From Candidatus Collierbacteria bacterium (GTDB lineage Bacteria; Patescibacteriota; Microgenomatia; UBA1400; JACPES01), in assembly GCA_016219325.1 (NCBI GenBank), contig JACRNH010000003.1, positions 45,123-109,122 of the forward strand: DNA of 64,000 bases, given 5' to 3'. The notes below the pieces were generated by a model, which saw only the letters and a list, made by a program, of their open reading frames with translations, did not search any database and was not told the origin of the DNA. Below are positions 8,780 through 19,767 of this stretch, one piece after another; position 1 is the first letter of the stretch, and the number at the start of each line of letters is the position of its first letter. The position numbers and the translations under genes were made by a program.

Positions 8780-10924
8780 ATGCCCAACAACGATTTCAAT
8801 CCACAAGATTTATTTAAGCCTTCCGTTCCCAAAGAGGCTTTGGAAAAATATACGATTAATTTAACCAGAATGGCGCAGGAAGGGAAACTGGACCCGGTCA
8901 TCGGCAGGGATCAGGAAATCAGACGGATTATGCAGGTTTTATCGCGCCGAACCAAAAATAATCCGGTTTTAATCGGCGATCCTGGCGTTGGAAAAACCGC
9001 GTTGGTTGAAGGTTTGGCGTTGCGGATTGCTAACCGCGACGTTCCTGATTCTTTGGCCAACAAACAGCTATTGATTTTAGATTTGGCTTCGGTTTTGGCC
9101 GGAGCAAAATTCAGGGGTGAATTTGAAGAGCGATTAAAGGCAATTCTAAAAGGAGTGGAAGACAGCCGCGGAGAATATATTTTATTTATTGACGAATTGC
9201 ATACGCTGGTCGGAGCCGGCGGAGCAGAAGGAGCGGTTGATGCTTCAAACATTATGAAGCCGGGGCTAGCCAGAGGGTTATTGAGAGTAATTGGAGCAAC
9301 CACGATCAATGAATACCGGAAATATGTTGAAAAAGATGCCGCGTTGGAACGCAGATTTCAGCCGGTTTTGGTTGATGAACCTGTTCCGGAAGATGCGGTG
9401 GCAATTTTACGCGGGATAAAGGAAAAATATGAAGTACATCATGGCATCAGGATTAGCGACGATGCAATTTTGGCCGCGGTTCGGTTATCTACAAGGTATA
9501 TCCCAGACAGATTTTTACCGGATAAAGCGATTGACTTAATTGACGAAGCCGCGTCTGCTTTGAAAATAGAAACAGAATCTATGCCCGTTGCTTTGGATGA
9601 GCTTAAAAGAAAAATTACTCAACTGGAAATTGAGAAACAGGCATTGAAAAGGGAGAAAGACGGAGAAACTAAGGATAAGGTTAATAGGTTAGATGAGCAA
9701 GTCAAAAGATTAAAGAAAGATGCGGACGGGATTCAGGTTAAGTGGGATTTACAGAGGAAATTAATCAACCAAATCAGGAAAAACCGTGAAGAAATAGAAA
9801 AATTAAGAGGTGAATTGGAACGGGCAGAACGGGAAGTCAGCTTGGAAAAAGCGGCGGAAATTAAGTATGGAAAATTGCCCAAACTGGAAAAGGAAGTTAA
9901 AGAATTGGATTCGGAGTGGGGAAAGATTCCGGATAATGATAAAGTTTTGCGGGAGCAAGTGGAGGAAGAAGATGTTGCTCAAATTGTTTCCCGTTGGACT
10001 GGAATTCCGGTCATTAAATTAGTCGGAGGAGAGCAGGGAAAATTGGTTCATTTGGAGGAAGAATTGGGGAAAAAGGTTGTCGGTCAGGATGAGGCATTAA
10101 AAGCTGTCTCAAATGCTGTCAGGAGATCGCGGGCTGGAATTAAAGAGGAAGGCAAGCCGATCGCGGTTTTTTTATTTTTGGGTCCGACCGGAGTCGGAAA
10201 AACCGAAACAGCCAAGGCTTTAGCTGAATCCTTGTTTGCCGATGAAAATTCGCTGATCAGAATTGATATGAGCGAATATTCTGAACAGCATTCGGTGGCC
10301 AGATTGATCGGGGCTCCTCCCGGATATGTTGGATTTGAAGAAGGCGGTCAGTTGACGGAGGCAGTCAGGAGACGGCCGTATTCGGTTTTATTGTTTGACG
10401 AAATAGAAAAAGCTCATCCGCAGATATTCAATATTTTTCTTCAAATTTTTGACGCGGGCAGGTTAACTGACGGGAAAGGCAGAGCGGTTAATTTTAAAAA
10501 CACGGTGATTATTATGACGAGCAATATTCAAGGGAAAAAGGAAGAAGGAAAAGGGAAGAAGGATGTTGATGATATTATAAAGCAGCTGAGACAGACGTTT
10601 AAGCCGGAGTTTTTGAATAGAATTGATCAAATTGTGTTATATGAATCATTGTCCGAGAAACAATTAACGAAAATTGTAGATATAGAGTTATCGAAAGTTC
10701 AAAATAGATTGACGGAAAAGCAGATTAAACTTGAAGTGAGTAATGATACCAAAAAATATCTGGCCAAAACCGGCTACGATCCGGTTTTTGGTGCCAGGCC
10801 TTTGAAACGATTAATTCAGGATGAGATTTTAGATCCTCTGGCATTAATGATGATTGAGGGGAAAACGAAGGAAAAGTCGGTAGTAAATGTTGGTTTTAGC
10901 TCCGGAAAGATAATCTTTGACTAA
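8780..10924 (+). CDS. clpB: ClpB-type AAA+ disaggregase lacking the N-terminal domain
   Basis: Two AAA+ modules (GDPGVGKT Walker A; GPTGVGKT second Walker A) and a long coiled-coil middle domain. At 714 aa it begins directly with AAA1. Confidence 0.85.
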   Translation: MPNNDFNPQDLFKPSVPKEALEKYTINLTRMAQEGKLDPVIGRDQEIRRIMQVLSRRTKNNPVLIGDPGVGKTALVEGLALRIANRDVPDSLANKQLLILDLASVLAGAKFRGEFEERLKAILKGVEDSRGEYILFIDELHTLVGAGGAEGAVDASNIMKPGLARGLLRVIGATTINEYRKYVEKDAALERRFQPVLVDEPVPEDAVAILRGIKEKYEVHHGIRISDDAILAAVRLSTRYIPDRFLPDKAIDLIDEAASALKIETESMPVALDELKRKITQLEIEKQALKREKDGETKDKVNRLDEQVKRLKKDADGIQVKWDLQRKLINQIRKNREEIEKLRGELERAEREVSLEKAAEIKYGKLPKLEKEVKELDSEWGKIPDNDKVLREQVEEEDVAQIVSRWTGIPVIKLVGGEQGKLVHLEEELGKKVVGQDEALKAVSNAVRRSRAGIKEEGKPIAVFLFLGPTGVGKTETAKALAESLFADENSLIRIDMSEYSEQHSVARLIGAPPGYVGFEEGGQLTEAVRRRPYSVLLFDEIEKAHPQIFNIFLQIFDAGRLTDGKGRAVNFKNTVIIMTSNIQGKKEEGKGKKDVDDIIKQLRQTFKPEFLNRIDQIVLYESLSEKQLTKIVDIELSKVQNRLTEKQIKLEVSNDTKKYLAKTGYDPVFGARPLKRLIQDEILDPLALMMIEGKTKEKSVVNVGFSSGKIIFD

Positions 10925-10961
10925 AACATTTCTACTTACACTAGCGTGATATTATTACAGA

Positions 10962-12554
10962 ATGGGATTTAAGATTTCTCCGCAAGAAATTCAACACGTG
11001 GCGCAACTCGCCAATCTTCAGATTTCCGATAAAGAATTAAAACTTTATACCAAGCAAATTCAGGATATTTTAGGATATGTTGAGCAACTCGATAAGGTTA
11101 AAGTTGAAGGAGTTGAGCCGACCTACCAGACTTTGGACGGGACAACTAACGTTTGGCGGGAGGACGAAGTCAAGGAAAGCTTGAGTCAGGAAGAAGCAGT
11201 GGGGCAGGCCGAAAAAACAATGGATGGGTATTTTATTACCGACAGCGTGTTTGGCAAAGGCAAAAGTACAATCCGCCAGCTGACGGAGTACAAGAAGGTG
11301 CAAGAAAGTACAAAAAGGGAAATTGATGGGTTGAATGTTGTTCTGACGGAGGTGGATGTAAAGGGAAATATAGGTCTCAAGGATTTATTTTTGACTAAAG
11401 GGATAAGAAGTACGGCAGGATCAAACGTTTTGCGGGAATATACCCCGCAATATTCTTCAAGTGTAATTAAATTGTTAGAAAAGGCCGGATTTGCCACAAA
11501 ATATAAATTGAATTGCGATGCTTGGGCTCATGGCTCAAGCGGTGAAAATTCTGATTTTGGGCCGGTCAAAAACCCTTGGAATCTCGAATTTACTCCGGGA
11601 GGATCATCAAGCGGATCGGCCGCGGCTGTGGCTGCCGGGTTAGTGGATTTTGCTACCGGGACGGATACAGGAGGGTCAATCAGATTGCCGGCGAGTTTTT
11701 GCGGAGTAGTCGGATTAAAGCCGACTTACGGCGCGGTCAGCCGGTACGGGATTGTGGCGATGGCGTCAAGTTTGGATTCTCCCGGGATTATTGGGAGGAC
11801 TGTGGAAGAGGTGGAGAAGGTGTTTGGGGTGATGGTTGGGGAGGATAGACGAGACGCTACATCAAAAAGAGAAGGAAAAAGAGGGATAAGAAGGATCAGA
11901 AGGACAGAGGAGATAAAAATCGGGATACCGGAAGAATTTTTTGCCGAGGGATTAGATTCGTCGGTAAAAAAAGCGGTAAATGGAGCGATAGAAGAATTAT
12001 CAAAAGCCGGACTGGAAATTAAGCGATTATCACTCCCGCACCTTAAATATGCCTTAGCTGTTTATTACTTGATTGCGACTACCGAAACCGCCAGTAACTT
12101 GGGCAGGTATGACGGGATAAGATACGGACAAGACAGATCATTTTTTGGCGCCGAAGCTAAGCGGCGGATTATGCTAGGGACGTTCGCGTCATCGGCCGGA
12201 TATTCAGCCAAGTTTTTTGAAAAAGCGGCTCGGGTAAGGACTTTAATAATTAAAGATTTCAATGATGCGTTTAAAGATGTTGATGTTTTGATCGGGCCGG
12301 TGTCGCCGACCCCGCCCTTTAAATTGGGGGAAAAGGCCAATGATCCATTGCAAATGTATTTATCGGATATTTTGACGGTGCCGGTAAACTTGGCGGGGCT
12401 GCCGGGGCTGGCGCTGCCGTGCGGGTTCACTAAAAATAATCTGCCAATCGGGATGCAGTTGATTGGGCCAAGGTGGTCAGAAAATTTACTTTTTGACATT
12501 GGTGAGAAGTACCAAGGTTTAACTAATTGGCATAAGGAGCGACCAAGAGTCTAA
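10962..12554 (+). CDS. gatCA: Glu/Asp-tRNA amidotransferase GatC-GatA fusion protein
   Basis: The N-terminal ~95 aa matches GatC (ISPQEIQHVAQLANLQISDKEL...VEPTYQ). The rest is the amidase-signature GatA (GGSSSGSAAAVAAG...GTDTGGSIRLPASFCGVVGLKPTYG). The ORF is continuous in this sequence. Confidence 0.8.
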   Translation: MGFKISPQEIQHVAQLANLQISDKELKLYTKQIQDILGYVEQLDKVKVEGVEPTYQTLDGTTNVWREDEVKESLSQEEAVGQAEKTMDGYFITDSVFGKGKSTIRQLTEYKKVQESTKREIDGLNVVLTEVDVKGNIGLKDLFLTKGIRSTAGSNVLREYTPQYSSSVIKLLEKAGFATKYKLNCDAWAHGSSGENSDFGPVKNPWNLEFTPGGSSSGSAAAVAAGLVDFATGTDTGGSIRLPASFCGVVGLKPTYGAVSRYGIVAMASSLDSPGIIGRTVEEVEKVFGVMVGEDRRDATSKREGKRGIRRIRRTEEIKIGIPEEFFAEGLDSSVKKAVNGAIEELSKAGLEIKRLSLPHLKYALAVYYLIATTETASNLGRYDGIRYGQDRSFFGAEAKRRIMLGTFASSAGYSAKFFEKAARVRTLIIKDFNDAFKDVDVLIGPVSPTPPFKLGEKANDPLQMYLSDILTVPVNLAGLPGLALPCGFTKNNLPIGMQLIGPRWSENLLFDIGEKYQGLTNWHKERPRV

Positions 12555-12559
12555 CCTAG

Positions 12560-12650
12560 TGATTTATGAATTAAGATTTATGATTTATGAATAATAACGG
12601 TCTGATTCTTATATATATAGAATTCATAATTCGTAAATCTTAAATCATTG
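12560..12650. repeat. Imperfect hairpin (GATTTATGAAT-family tandem units in inverted orientation) spanning the gatCA-gatB junction
   Basis: Left arm TGATTTATGAATTAAGATTTATGATTTATGAAT and right arm GAATTCATAATTCGTAAATCTTAAATCA are near reverse complements. Confidence 0.7.
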
Positions 12651-12656
12651 CTTAAA

Positions 12657-14024
12657 ATGAAAATCAAATTAATTCCCATAATTGGCCTTGAAGTTCACGT
12701 GGAATTGAAGACGAATTCCAAAATGTTCTGCGGATGTAAAAACGATCCGTTTGGGGCTTCAAAACCGAATATTTACACCTGTCCGGTGTGTTTGGGTTTG
12801 CCGGGAGCCCTGCCGGTGCCGAATAAGAAAGCGATTGAATTAACCGTAAAATTAGGCTTAGGTTTGGGTTGTGAAATAAATCGAGAATCCCGGTTTGACC
12901 GGAAACATTATTTTTATCCGGATCTGCCGAAAGGCTATCAGATCAGCCAATATGAGAAACCGTTCGCGTCTGGCGGTGAGCTGAAATTCAGAATTCAGAA
13001 TTCAGAATTCAGAATTATAAGAGTTAGAAGGGTGCATTTGGAAGAGGATACGGGGAAATTGCTGCACCGGAAAATAGACGGTGAAGAAGTTTCTTTGATT
13101 GATTTTAACCGTTCCGGCGTGCCATTGGCGGAAATTGTGACCGAACCGGATATCAGGTCGGCGCAGGAAGCAAAAGAGACGGCTAAAAAAATTTATCAGA
13201 TTGTTAGGGCCTTGGGCGTGTCTGATGCGGATATGGAGAAGGGAAGCATGAGGTTGGAAGCGAATATCTCTCTCTCCGAGATAAAGGAAAAAGGAAAAAG
13301 GAAAAAGGAAAAAGGGGAACTTCCGGACTATAAGGTGGAGATCAAGAATATTAATTCTTTTAGATTTATGGAAAGGGCGATAAATGCGGAAATTGAGAGA
13401 CAGGAAAAAATTCTTGAGTCCGGTAAAAAAGTGCAACAGCAAACTTTTGGTTGGGATACGGAAAAACAGGAGTTGAAACCGCAAAGGGTGAAAGAAGAAG
13501 CCGCGGATTATCGGTATTTTCCGGAACCGGATATACCGCCAATCGTTTTGTCAGACGATTGGATATTAAAGATCAAAGATCAAATATCAAAATTGCCGGA
13601 AGAAATATATGAAGGATTGATTAGAACTGGAATTGCGGCAGCGGCGGCGAAGGTGATTGTGGGAGATAGGGAGTTAGCGGAGAAAATTAATGGGATAATT
13701 AGGGAAATTAAGGAGATTGGAGATATTAGGGATATTGGAAACTGGGCGTTGCATCATCAGGAGATGATTAAGGAAAAACCGGTGGATGAATTAATTTCTT
13801 TATTTAAGCAAGGGAGAGAAGGGTTAGTTTCAGATTCCGGCCAACTTAAACGATGGGTTAAGGAAGTTGTTGAAGACAATGTTCAAGCGGTGAATGATTA
13901 TAGAAAAGGCAAAGAAGCGGCATTAATGTTTTTGGTTGGACAGGCGCAAAGATTGGCTAAAGGGAAAGCTGATGTTAGTTTGGTTAAAGATATGTTAAGC
14001 TCAAAATTATCAAGTGATTTATGA
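12657..14024 (+). CDS. gatB: Glu/Asp-tRNA amidotransferase subunit B
   Basis: N-terminal IGLEVHVEL...CPVCLGLPGALP GatB signature. ATG 12657 is preferred over the ORF-track TTG at 12648. It has in-frame micro-repeats at 12986-13017 ((CAGAATT)4), 13283-13316 (AAGGAAAAAGG x3) and 13691-13740. Confidence 0.85.
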   Translation: MKIKLIPIIGLEVHVELKTNSKMFCGCKNDPFGASKPNIYTCPVCLGLPGALPVPNKKAIELTVKLGLGLGCEINRESRFDRKHYFYPDLPKGYQISQYEKPFASGGELKFRIQNSEFRIIRVRRVHLEEDTGKLLHRKIDGEEVSLIDFNRSGVPLAEIVTEPDIRSAQEAKETAKKIYQIVRALGVSDADMEKGSMRLEANISLSEIKEKGKRKKEKGELPDYKVEIKNINSFRFMERAINAEIERQEKILESGKKVQQQTFGWDTEKQELKPQRVKEEAADYRYFPEPDIPPIVLSDDWILKIKDQISKLPEEIYEGLIRTGIAAAAAKVIVGDRELAEKINGIIREIKEIGDIRDIGNWALHHQEMIKEKPVDELISLFKQGREGLVSDSGQLKRWVKEVVEDNVQAVNDYRKGKEAALMFLVGQAQRLAKGKADVSLVKDMLSSKLSSDL

Positions 14025-14117
14025 AGTATGATTTATGATTTACGAATAATATTAATTTAGTTTTCATAGATTTTCTGATTCATAATTCATAAATCGTAAT
14101 TCTTAATTCATGAATCA
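14017..14117. repeat. Imperfect hairpin of the same GATTTATGAAT family spanning the gatB stop and the dnaE start
   Basis: GATTTATGAAGTATGATTTATGATTTACGAAT ... GATTCATAATTCATAAATCGTAATTC form an inverted repeat. Confidence 0.7.
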
Positions 14118-17100
14118 ATCTTTCGTTCATTTGCACGTCCATTCAGAGTACTCCCTTTTGGACGGGTTACCGAAAATTGCAAAATTAATAAAACGGGCCA
14201 AAGAGCTGAAAATGCCGGCTTTAGCGATAACCGATCACGGAGCGATGTACGGAGCGGTTAAGTTTTATAATGCCGCGTTGGAGGCAGGGATTAAACCGAT
14301 AATCGGAGTTGAAGCCTATATGGCTCAAAGAAGCCGGTTTGATAAAGAAGTCGGGGTGGATAAAGAATTACGGCATCAGTTGTTGCTAGCCAAGAACGAA
14401 ACCGGCTATAAAAATTTAATGAAGTTAGTGACACAGGCTAATTTAGAAGGATATTATTACAAACCGCGGATCGACAAGGAACTATTAAAAATTTATCACG
14501 AAGGAGTTATCGCAACCTCAAGTTGTTTACAAGGGGAAATCCCGAGGCTTATCGTAAATAACCGTTTGGATGAGGCTAAATCTTTGCTCAAATGGTATCT
14601 TGAGATATTCGGTGAAGATTATTATTTGGAACTCCAAAAGCATATTAATATTCCGGAACTGGAAATGGTTAATGCTCAGTTAATTAAAATGTCCCGGGAG
14701 TTCGGGGTACCGCTGGTAGCCACCAATGACGTTCACTATATCAATGCCGATGACGCCGAGGCCCAAGACGCGTTATTGGCGGTAGGGACCAAGAAATTAT
14801 TGTCCGATAAAGACAGATTAACGATGATTTCTTCGCCTGATTTTTACTTAAAGACGAATGAAGAAATGGGCAAGTTATTCTCCGATATTCCTGAAGCCCT
14901 GGAAAATACGCTTAAAATTGCCGGTAAATGCCAATTATCTTTACAAATCGGTAAATGGATTTTACCTAAATATCCGTTAAATGAAGGTGAAACTCCGGAA
15001 ATGGGTTTAGCTAGATTGACAGAAGAAGGTCTAAAACTGCGGTTTGGGAAAATATCCGATCAAATTAAGCAAAGGGCGGATTATGAGTTAGGGATAATTT
15101 GCCGCAAAGGATTTGCGACTTATTTTTTGATCGTACAGGATTTTGTAAATTGGGCCAAAAAAGAAGGAATCAGGGTCGGCCCTGGCAGGGGCAGTGTTGC
15201 CGGATCAATTGTGGCCTATGGATTAAGAATTACTACAGTCAATCCGCTGGAGCACAATATTCCCTTCGAAAGGTTTATGAATCCGGATCGGCCAACCCCG
15301 CCTGATATTGATATGGATTTTGCCGATGACCGCCGGGATGAGGTTATCCGTTATGTCACCGAAAAATATGGAAAAGGAAAAGTTGCCCAAATTATTACTT
15401 TCGGGACGATGGAAGCCAGGCAAGCGATACGTGATATTGGCAGAGTTATGGATGTCCCTTACTCTACCTGCGATAAACTAGCCAAACTAATCCCTTTAAA
15501 AGTTGGATTGAGGGAGGCCATAAATTCCAGTTTAGAGATGCAAGAAATGGGACGGGAGCCGCAAATTACTAAATTATTCGGGTTGGTGGAAAAGGTGGAA
15601 GGAGTTACCCGACACGCCTCAACTCATGCCGCCGGAGTGGTTATTGCCGATAAAGACATTACAGAATACACTCCGGTTCAAAAAGAAACCGGCAGCGACC
15701 GGATAATGACTCAATATGACATGTATAGTCTGGACCTCAATGTTTCGGATAAAGCCATTGGTTTATTGAAAATGGATTTCTTGGGATTGCGGAATTTAAC
15801 AATTTTAGGAAAAGCGGTTGAGTTCGTAAAAAAATACGAAAATGTTGAAGTTGATTTATCAGAACTGCCGTTGGATGATTCGCAAATTTATGAATTAATA
15901 AGCAGCGGAGAAACTACCGGAATATTTCAATTAGAAAGCCAGGGGATGAGACGGTTGGCCCGGAATTTAAAACCGAATAAATTCAGCGATATTACCGCCA
16001 TGGTGGCTTTATTCCGGCCGGGGCCGATGGAGCTGATCGACGATTTTATTGCCGGGAAACTCCATCCCGATAAAATTCAATATTTACATCCAGCTTTAAA
16101 ACCGATTTTAGCTCCAACTTACGGAGTGGCGGTATACCAGGAACAATGCATGCAAATCGCCAATAAAGTGGCCGGATATTCTATGGCTGAGGCCGATAAT
16201 TTGCGGCGGGCGATTGGAAAGAAAAAACATTCAATCATGGAGATTGAGAAAAAGAAATTTATAGCCGGTGTCGTAAAAAATAGTTATACAAAACCAATTG
16301 CTGAAAAAATCTGGGGATTTATCGAGAAATTCGTCGGATATGGATTTAATATTCCACATTCGGTCAGTTACGCCATGATTGCCTATCAGACAGCTTATAT
16401 GAAAATTAAATTTCCGGTTGAATATATGACGGCTATGCTGACGGCTGAAAGCCGGGCAATTTCCGGACCGGCCCGGGATTTTAAGGTATCTCAGGGAGTT
16501 GACGAATGCCGGAGGTTGGGGATTATGATTTTACCGCCGGACATTAATAAATCATTAGAGGATTTTTCCATAGAGGATTTTTCAGAAAGCCTTAAATCAA
16601 AAGCTGTCAGGTTTGGAATATCTGCTGTAAAAAACGTCGGAACGGCGGCGATCAGTTCAATTTTAAGCGTCAGACAAACAGGTGAATTTACTTCGTTATT
16701 TGATTTTTTGGGCAGAGTTGATTCTCAGAAAGTAAATAAGAAAGTAATTGAAAGTTTAATAAAAGTCGGGGCGATGGACTCGTTCGGCAGGCGGTCTTCT
16801 TTGCTTGCGGTTTTAGACGATTTAAGGTTGCAAACAGCCGCAAAGCAAAAATTGGTTGATTCAGGGCAGGGAAGTTTATTTGAGGATTTTGGAACCGGAG
16901 CGAAAGATGATAACCAGGTAGAAATACCGGATTTGCCGGAATTTTCGGCTGAAGACATGGCAAATTTTCAGAAAGAGCTGCTGGGAATTTATTTAAGCGA
17001 TAATCCGATGGTTAAATTATTGGATCCGGTTAGAAACATGGTCTCTGCCAGAGTGATGGATTTAACTGAAGAATCAGCCGGAAAAGTGGTAGTTATGGCA

Positions 17101-17589
17101 GGAGCGGTGACCAGATCGCGGACGATTCAAACCAAAAGGTCTAACCAGTCAATGTGTTTTTCAAATATTGAAGATGAAACCGGAAGCATTGAGGCGGTGG
17201 TTTTTCCATCGATTTTTGAAAAAGACGGCCAATGCTTTGTAAAAGACAGCGTGGTATTAGTATCAGGAAAAGTTGATTTTAAGGATGATAAATTGCATTT
17301 AATAGTTGATAAGGCAATTGATCTCCGCAGCAATCCAAACCAGGACCAATTAGCCGTTTTTGGAAAAGGGATAAGTTATGCTTCCGACAAAACCATTTCT
17401 ATTCCTAGGGGAACTCCGAAATCGGTTTTGTCCGAATTGGCCATATTGTTAAAAGCGCATCCGGGATCAGCCAGGATTAAAGTTCTTTTGCCGAATAATG
17501 AGGGAACATCAATCAAAACATTGAATCTTCCTTATGGAGTGAATTGGCCGGAAGTTGAAAGAGGGGTTGCGTCTCTGATAAAATCCTAA
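14110..17589 (+). CDS. dnaE: DNA polymerase III alpha subunit
   Basis: N-terminal PHP domain (HLHVHSEYSLLDG). Its length and conserved polymerase core are DnaE-like. A small in-frame tandem duplication lies at 16558-16585 (EDFSIEDFSE). Confidence 0.9.
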   Translation: MNQSFVHLHVHSEYSLLDGLPKIAKLIKRAKELKMPALAITDHGAMYGAVKFYNAALEAGIKPIIGVEAYMAQRSRFDKEVGVDKELRHQLLLAKNETGYKNLMKLVTQANLEGYYYKPRIDKELLKIYHEGVIATSSCLQGEIPRLIVNNRLDEAKSLLKWYLEIFGEDYYLELQKHINIPELEMVNAQLIKMSREFGVPLVATNDVHYINADDAEAQDALLAVGTKKLLSDKDRLTMISSPDFYLKTNEEMGKLFSDIPEALENTLKIAGKCQLSLQIGKWILPKYPLNEGETPEMGLARLTEEGLKLRFGKISDQIKQRADYELGIICRKGFATYFLIVQDFVNWAKKEGIRVGPGRGSVAGSIVAYGLRITTVNPLEHNIPFERFMNPDRPTPPDIDMDFADDRRDEVIRYVTEKYGKGKVAQIITFGTMEARQAIRDIGRVMDVPYSTCDKLAKLIPLKVGLREAINSSLEMQEMGREPQITKLFGLVEKVEGVTRHASTHAAGVVIADKDITEYTPVQKETGSDRIMTQYDMYSLDLNVSDKAIGLLKMDFLGLRNLTILGKAVEFVKKYENVEVDLSELPLDDSQIYELISSGETTGIFQLESQGMRRLARNLKPNKFSDITAMVALFRPGPMELIDDFIAGKLHPDKIQYLHPALKPILAPTYGVAVYQEQCMQIANKVAGYSMAEADNLRRAIGKKKHSIMEIEKKKFIAGVVKNSYTKPIAEKIWGFIEKFVGYGFNIPHSVSYAMIAYQTAYMKIKFPVEYMTAMLTAESRAISGPARDFKVSQGVDECRRLGIMILPPDINKSLEDFSIEDFSESLKSKAVRFGISAVKNVGTAAISSILSVRQTGEFTSLFDFLGRVDSQKVNKKVIESLIKVGAMDSFGRRSSLLAVLDDLRLQTAAKQKLVDSGQGSLFEDFGTGAKDDNQVEIPDLPEFSAEDMANFQKELLGIYLSDNPMVKLLDPVRNMVSARVMDLTEESAGKVVVMAGAVTRSRTIQTKRSNQSMCFSNIEDETGSIEAVVFPSIFEKDGQCFVKDSVVLVSGKVDFKDDKLHLIVDKAIDLRSNPNQDQLAVFGKGISYASDKTISIPRGTPKSVLSELAILLKAHPGSARIKVLLPNNEGTSIKTLNLPYGVNWPEVERGVASLIKS

Positions 17590-17590
17590 A

Positions 17591-19276
17591 GTGCGTCAAG
17601 TAAAATATATTTTTATTTCGGGCGGAGTCCTTTCCGGTTTAGGCAAAGGCATTACTTCAGCCTCAATTGGTTTTTTGCTTAAGGCCCACGGTTATAAAGT
17701 TACTCCGGTTAAATGCGAGAACTATTTAAATATTGATTCCGGTTTAATTAATCCCATAGAACACGGCGACCCATTTTTGTGCGAAGACGGAACAGAATCT
17801 GATATGGATTTGGGAACTTATGAAAGGTTTTTAAACCAGAATATGGGGATCGAGAATTTTGTCACTATGGGGCAGATTTACCGCCAAGTGATTGAAAATG
17901 AACGGAATTATAAATATAAAGGCGAAGATGTTGAGGCAATTCCTCACGTGGTGAATGAAATAATTAGGCGGATTAAATCAGCCGGAGAAAAGTCGGAGGC
18001 GGATATAATTTTGGTGGAATTAGGCGGAACTACAGGAGAATATCAGAATGTTTTGTACTACGAAGCTGCCAGGGAAATGAAGCTTGAGGCATTGCGGAAT
18101 GACGATGTTCATAGGGTTGTCCATATTCACGTCAGTTACTTGCCAATTCCAAAACATTTAGGCGAACCGAAGACCAAGCCGACACAGCTTTCAATCCGGA
18201 CTTTGATGGGAATGGGAATTCAGCCGGATTTTTTGGTTGCCCGTTGTGAGAAAGAAATTGATGCCAGAAGGAAATACTTATTGTCATTAACCTGTAATTT
18301 GAGAGACGAAAATATTGTTTCAGGTCCGGATATGGATTCGATTTATCAGGTGCCGTTGGTTTATAAAAAACAGGATTTTGACACCAGAATTCTTAAGGCG
18401 TTGGGCCTTAAGCCCGGAAAAGCAGATTTAAACGATTGGAATAAGCTGGCAAAGTCAATTTCTGAACCTAAAAAATATCAACTGGAGATCGCCATAGTCG
18501 GAAAATATTTCCGGACAGGCAAAGAATTTATGCTGGCCGATTCATATGCTGCTCTGTTTGAGGCCTTAAAACATGCAGCATGGAAACAAGGTTTTGAGCT
18601 AAAACTTAAATGGGTTAGCGCGGAGGAGGTTGAAGAAAACGGGGTTAATGGATTGCTCTCCGGGGTTGACGGGATTGTGGTTCCTATTGGATGGGGAAAG
18701 CGAGGGGCGGAAGGAAAAATATCAGCCATAAATTATGCCAGAATAAATAAAATTCCGTTTTTGGGTTTGTGTTATGGGATGCAATTGGCTTGCATTGAAT
18801 TTGCCCGGAATGTGGCAGGGCTTAAGGAAGCCAATACCACCGAAAACGATCCGGAGACTTCTAATCCTATAATTCATGACATTCCGGAAAAAGCGGAATT
18901 AATGACAATTAAGAGCCGGGGAGTTGCGATGCGGTTGGGAGGATGGGATTTTAAGGTTAAGGAAAAAACTCTTTTGGATAATATTTATAAAAAATATAAT
19001 CTTTATAAAGATTATAAAAATAGGGTCGGATCCGTCAGACATCGTCATCGATTTGAGTTTAATAATCAGTATATTGATCTTCTGAAAAGTAAAGGTTTAA
19101 CGTTATCGGCAATGTCAGTTAAGGGAAATTTTGTGGATTGGATTGAGCTTCCAATAACAGTTCATCCATTTTTTATCGGAACCCAAGGCCATCCGGAATA
19201 TTCTTCCCGGCCTTTAAAACCGCATCCGGTATTTTTAGAATTCCTTAAAGCCTGCTATAATAATCGGGAACATTAG
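17591..19276 (+). CDS. pyrG: CTP synthase
   Basis: N-terminal synthetase motif (YIFISGGVLSGLGKGITSASIG) and a C-terminal class-I glutamine amidotransferase with the catalytic Cys (GLCYGMQ). Confidence 0.9.
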   Translation: MRQVKYIFISGGVLSGLGKGITSASIGFLLKAHGYKVTPVKCENYLNIDSGLINPIEHGDPFLCEDGTESDMDLGTYERFLNQNMGIENFVTMGQIYRQVIENERNYKYKGEDVEAIPHVVNEIIRRIKSAGEKSEADIILVELGGTTGEYQNVLYYEAAREMKLEALRNDDVHRVVHIHVSYLPIPKHLGEPKTKPTQLSIRTLMGMGIQPDFLVARCEKEIDARRKYLLSLTCNLRDENIVSGPDMDSIYQVPLVYKKQDFDTRILKALGLKPGKADLNDWNKLAKSISEPKKYQLEIAIVGKYFRTGKEFMLADSYAALFEALKHAAWKQGFELKLKWVSAEEVEENGVNGLLSGVDGIVVPIGWGKRGAEGKISAINYARINKIPFLGLCYGMQLACIEFARNVAGLKEANTTENDPETSNPIIHDIPEKAELMTIKSRGVAMRLGGWDFKVKEKTLLDNIYKKYNLYKDYKNRVGSVRHRHRFEFNNQYIDLLKSKGLTLSAMSVKGNFVDWIELPITVHPFFIGTQGHPEYSSRPLKPHPVFLEFLKACYNNREH

Positions 19277-19290
19277 AGCATTTTGAATAT

Positions 19291-19767
19291 ATGTCATTAC
19301 AAACGACAGTTTGCAACACCATCGTAAGTATCGGAGATAACGTTACGGTTGGCCAAAAAATTAAAGAAGGCGAAAAAGACAGAGTTCAGAATTTTTCCGG
19401 AATTGTAATTGCTATAAAAGGCAATCAGGGAGAAAAGACTTTTACGGTCCGTAGGATCGCGGCGGGGGCGATTGGCGTTGAAAAGATTTTTCCGGTTGAC
19501 ATGCCCAGTTTGGTTTCGGTTAAAATTGTTAGACAAGCCGCCGTCAGAAGAAGCAAGTTGTACTTTTTGAGGGAAAGAATCGGTAAGGGGGCCGGGCAAT
19601 TACCGGAAAGGAAAGCTAAACAAAAACCCGCGCTAAAAACGAAGCAGCCGCCCGAAGAAAAAAAAGCGAAGACTGTAAAAAAGGTAGATGAAAACAAACA
19701 AAAACCAGTTAAAAGTTCTGGGAAGCCTCGGGGAAGAGGACGCCAGAAAGTATCTTCAAAAAAATAA
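19291..19767 (+). CDS. rplS: 50S ribosomal protein L19 with a Lys-rich C-terminal extension
   Basis: The L19 core (VQNFSGIVIAIKG...TFTVRRIAAGAIGVEKIFPVDMP...KLYFLRERIGK) is followed by a basic low-complexity tail. Confidence 0.85.
   Translation: MSLQTTVCNTIVSIGDNVTVGQKIKEGEKDRVQNFSGIVIAIKGNQGEKTFTVRRIAAGAIGVEKIFPVDMPSLVSVKIVRQAAVRRSKLYFLRERIGKGAGQLPERKAKQKPALKTKQPPEEKKAKTVKKVDENKQKPVKSSGKPRGRGRQKVSSKK

Noticed and set aside
12986-13017. Tandem direct repeats, e.g. (CAGAATT)4 here and the AGTAGAAA run at 36156-36202, considered as CRISPR arrays
   Set aside because: The units are 7-11 bp and contiguous, with no unique spacers. Several lie in frame inside conserved genes. There are no cas genes in the window.
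19297-19697. Antisense ORFs 19297..19599(-) and 19425..19697(-) inside rplS
   Set aside because: They fully overlap the well-supported ribosomal protein L19 gene on the opposite strand and have no motifs.
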